A DNA stretch of 32,000 nt from a virus, in the IMG/VR virus record IMGVR_UViG_3300045988_016577, positions 2 to 32,001 of that record; one strand, given 5' to 3'. Below are positions 31,480 to 32,000 of the stretch, one piece after another. Under the pieces are notes generated by a model. The model was not told the origin of the DNA. It saw nothing but the letters and a program-made list of their open reading frames with translations, and did no database searches. The position numbers were made by a program, and so were the translations under genes. Numbering within the stretch: the stretch's first letter is position 1; each line of letters begins with the position of its first letter.

Positions 31480-32000
31480 TCCCCTTTTTCTTCGTTGTGT
31501 TTTTTAAATCCAAGAGTAAGTCCAGTAATGCCGGCAGCAATGACTACCAATCCAAAAGTGCTAGCGATGCCCTCTTTCTCGCCGGTACTTGGTAGAGTAC
31601 CACCATAAACGGCTGTTTTTGGTGTCTCTTTGCTCACTGGTGCGAGGTTGTAAGATACTGCGACAGATTGTGCCGCTTTTTTATCAACGCTCGTTTTAGG
31701 GGCTTTTTCTGGTGTTGGTTTTTCTGGCTCTACTGGAATTTCCAATTCTGGCAAGTCCAAAACTGGTGCATCAAATGGTACGACACCTCCAGACCATTCT
31801 GGCTTATCAATGCTAGGTGCATCGAATGGAGTAGTTCCGCCATGCCATTCAGGAATCTCTACGACTGGTGCTGGTGGCATGAGTGGGATATCGTTGATAT
31901 CAATTGAAGGCTTATCGTAAACCGGGGCATCGTTTGGTACTACGCCGCCTTCAAATTCCGGGATGTCAACTTTTGGAGCTTCACGAGGAATTTCAAACGT
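31476..32000 (-). CDS. LPXTG cell-wall-anchored surface protein, C-terminal part (5' end outside the window)
   Basis: The frame stays open to the window edge. PE(F/W)xGG(V/T)(V/T)PxDAP occurs three times. LPSTG lies at 31581-31595, followed by a hydrophobic helix and the charged tail KKHNEEKGE. Confidence 0.8.
   Translation of the reverse strand, partial: TFEIPREAPKVDIPEFEGGVVPNDAPVYDKPSIDINDIPLMPPAPVVEIPEWHGGTTPFDAPSIDKPEWSGGVVPFDAPVLDLPELEIPVEPEKPTPEKAPKTSVDKKAAQSVAVSYNLAPVSKETPKTAVYGGTLPSTGEKEGIASTFGLVVIAAGITGLTLGFKKHNEEKGE

Noticed and set aside
1-32000. Integrase, repressor/Cro switch, toxin or superantigen genes, known defence systems (RM, Abi, CBASS, retron), rRNA
   Set aside because: No translated ORF in the window shows the corresponding motifs. 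The lysogeny module presumably lies beyond the right edge.

Overview
Nearly the whole window (about 615-32000) is one temperate siphovirus-type prophage of a Streptococcus-like Firmicute. Family names come from motifs I recognise by eye; no searches were run. Every credible gene is on the minus strand, so transcription runs right to left. In that order: a partial LPXTG surface protein (31476->32000) translationally coupled to a 108-aa ORF. Then a replication/recombination module: replisome organizer with internal iterons, DnaC/IstB-like ATPase, RecT, DUF1351-like protein, SSB, RusA. Then small early genes (DUF1642-like, HTH-MazG fusion, DUF1372-like, YopX, a 236-aa internally duplicated protein), followed by a 630-nt structured non-coding region (22827-23456). 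Then the ArpU late regulator, TerS/TerL, portal, SPP1 gp7-like head protein, scaffold, major capsid, connector proteins, major tail protein and G/T chaperones. Then the tape measure, Dit and a 1677-aa Tal/receptor-binding protein. Last come two holins, three small soluble proteins, a CHAP endolysin, tandem terminators and AT-rich non-coding DNA (1-614). The best-supported unusual feature is that the tape measure gene is split by an 895-nt group I intron (12129-13023) carrying a free-standing NUMOD4/HNH homing endonuclease. P1, P10, the U.G splice-site wobble and the terminal G are all readable in the sequence. The second is a pair of paralogous tRNA-like minihelices (acceptor-like stem plus canonical T-arm, no D or anticodon arm) in the early/late intergenic region. 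No integrase or lysogeny switch, rRNA, canonical tRNA or CRISPR array is visible.
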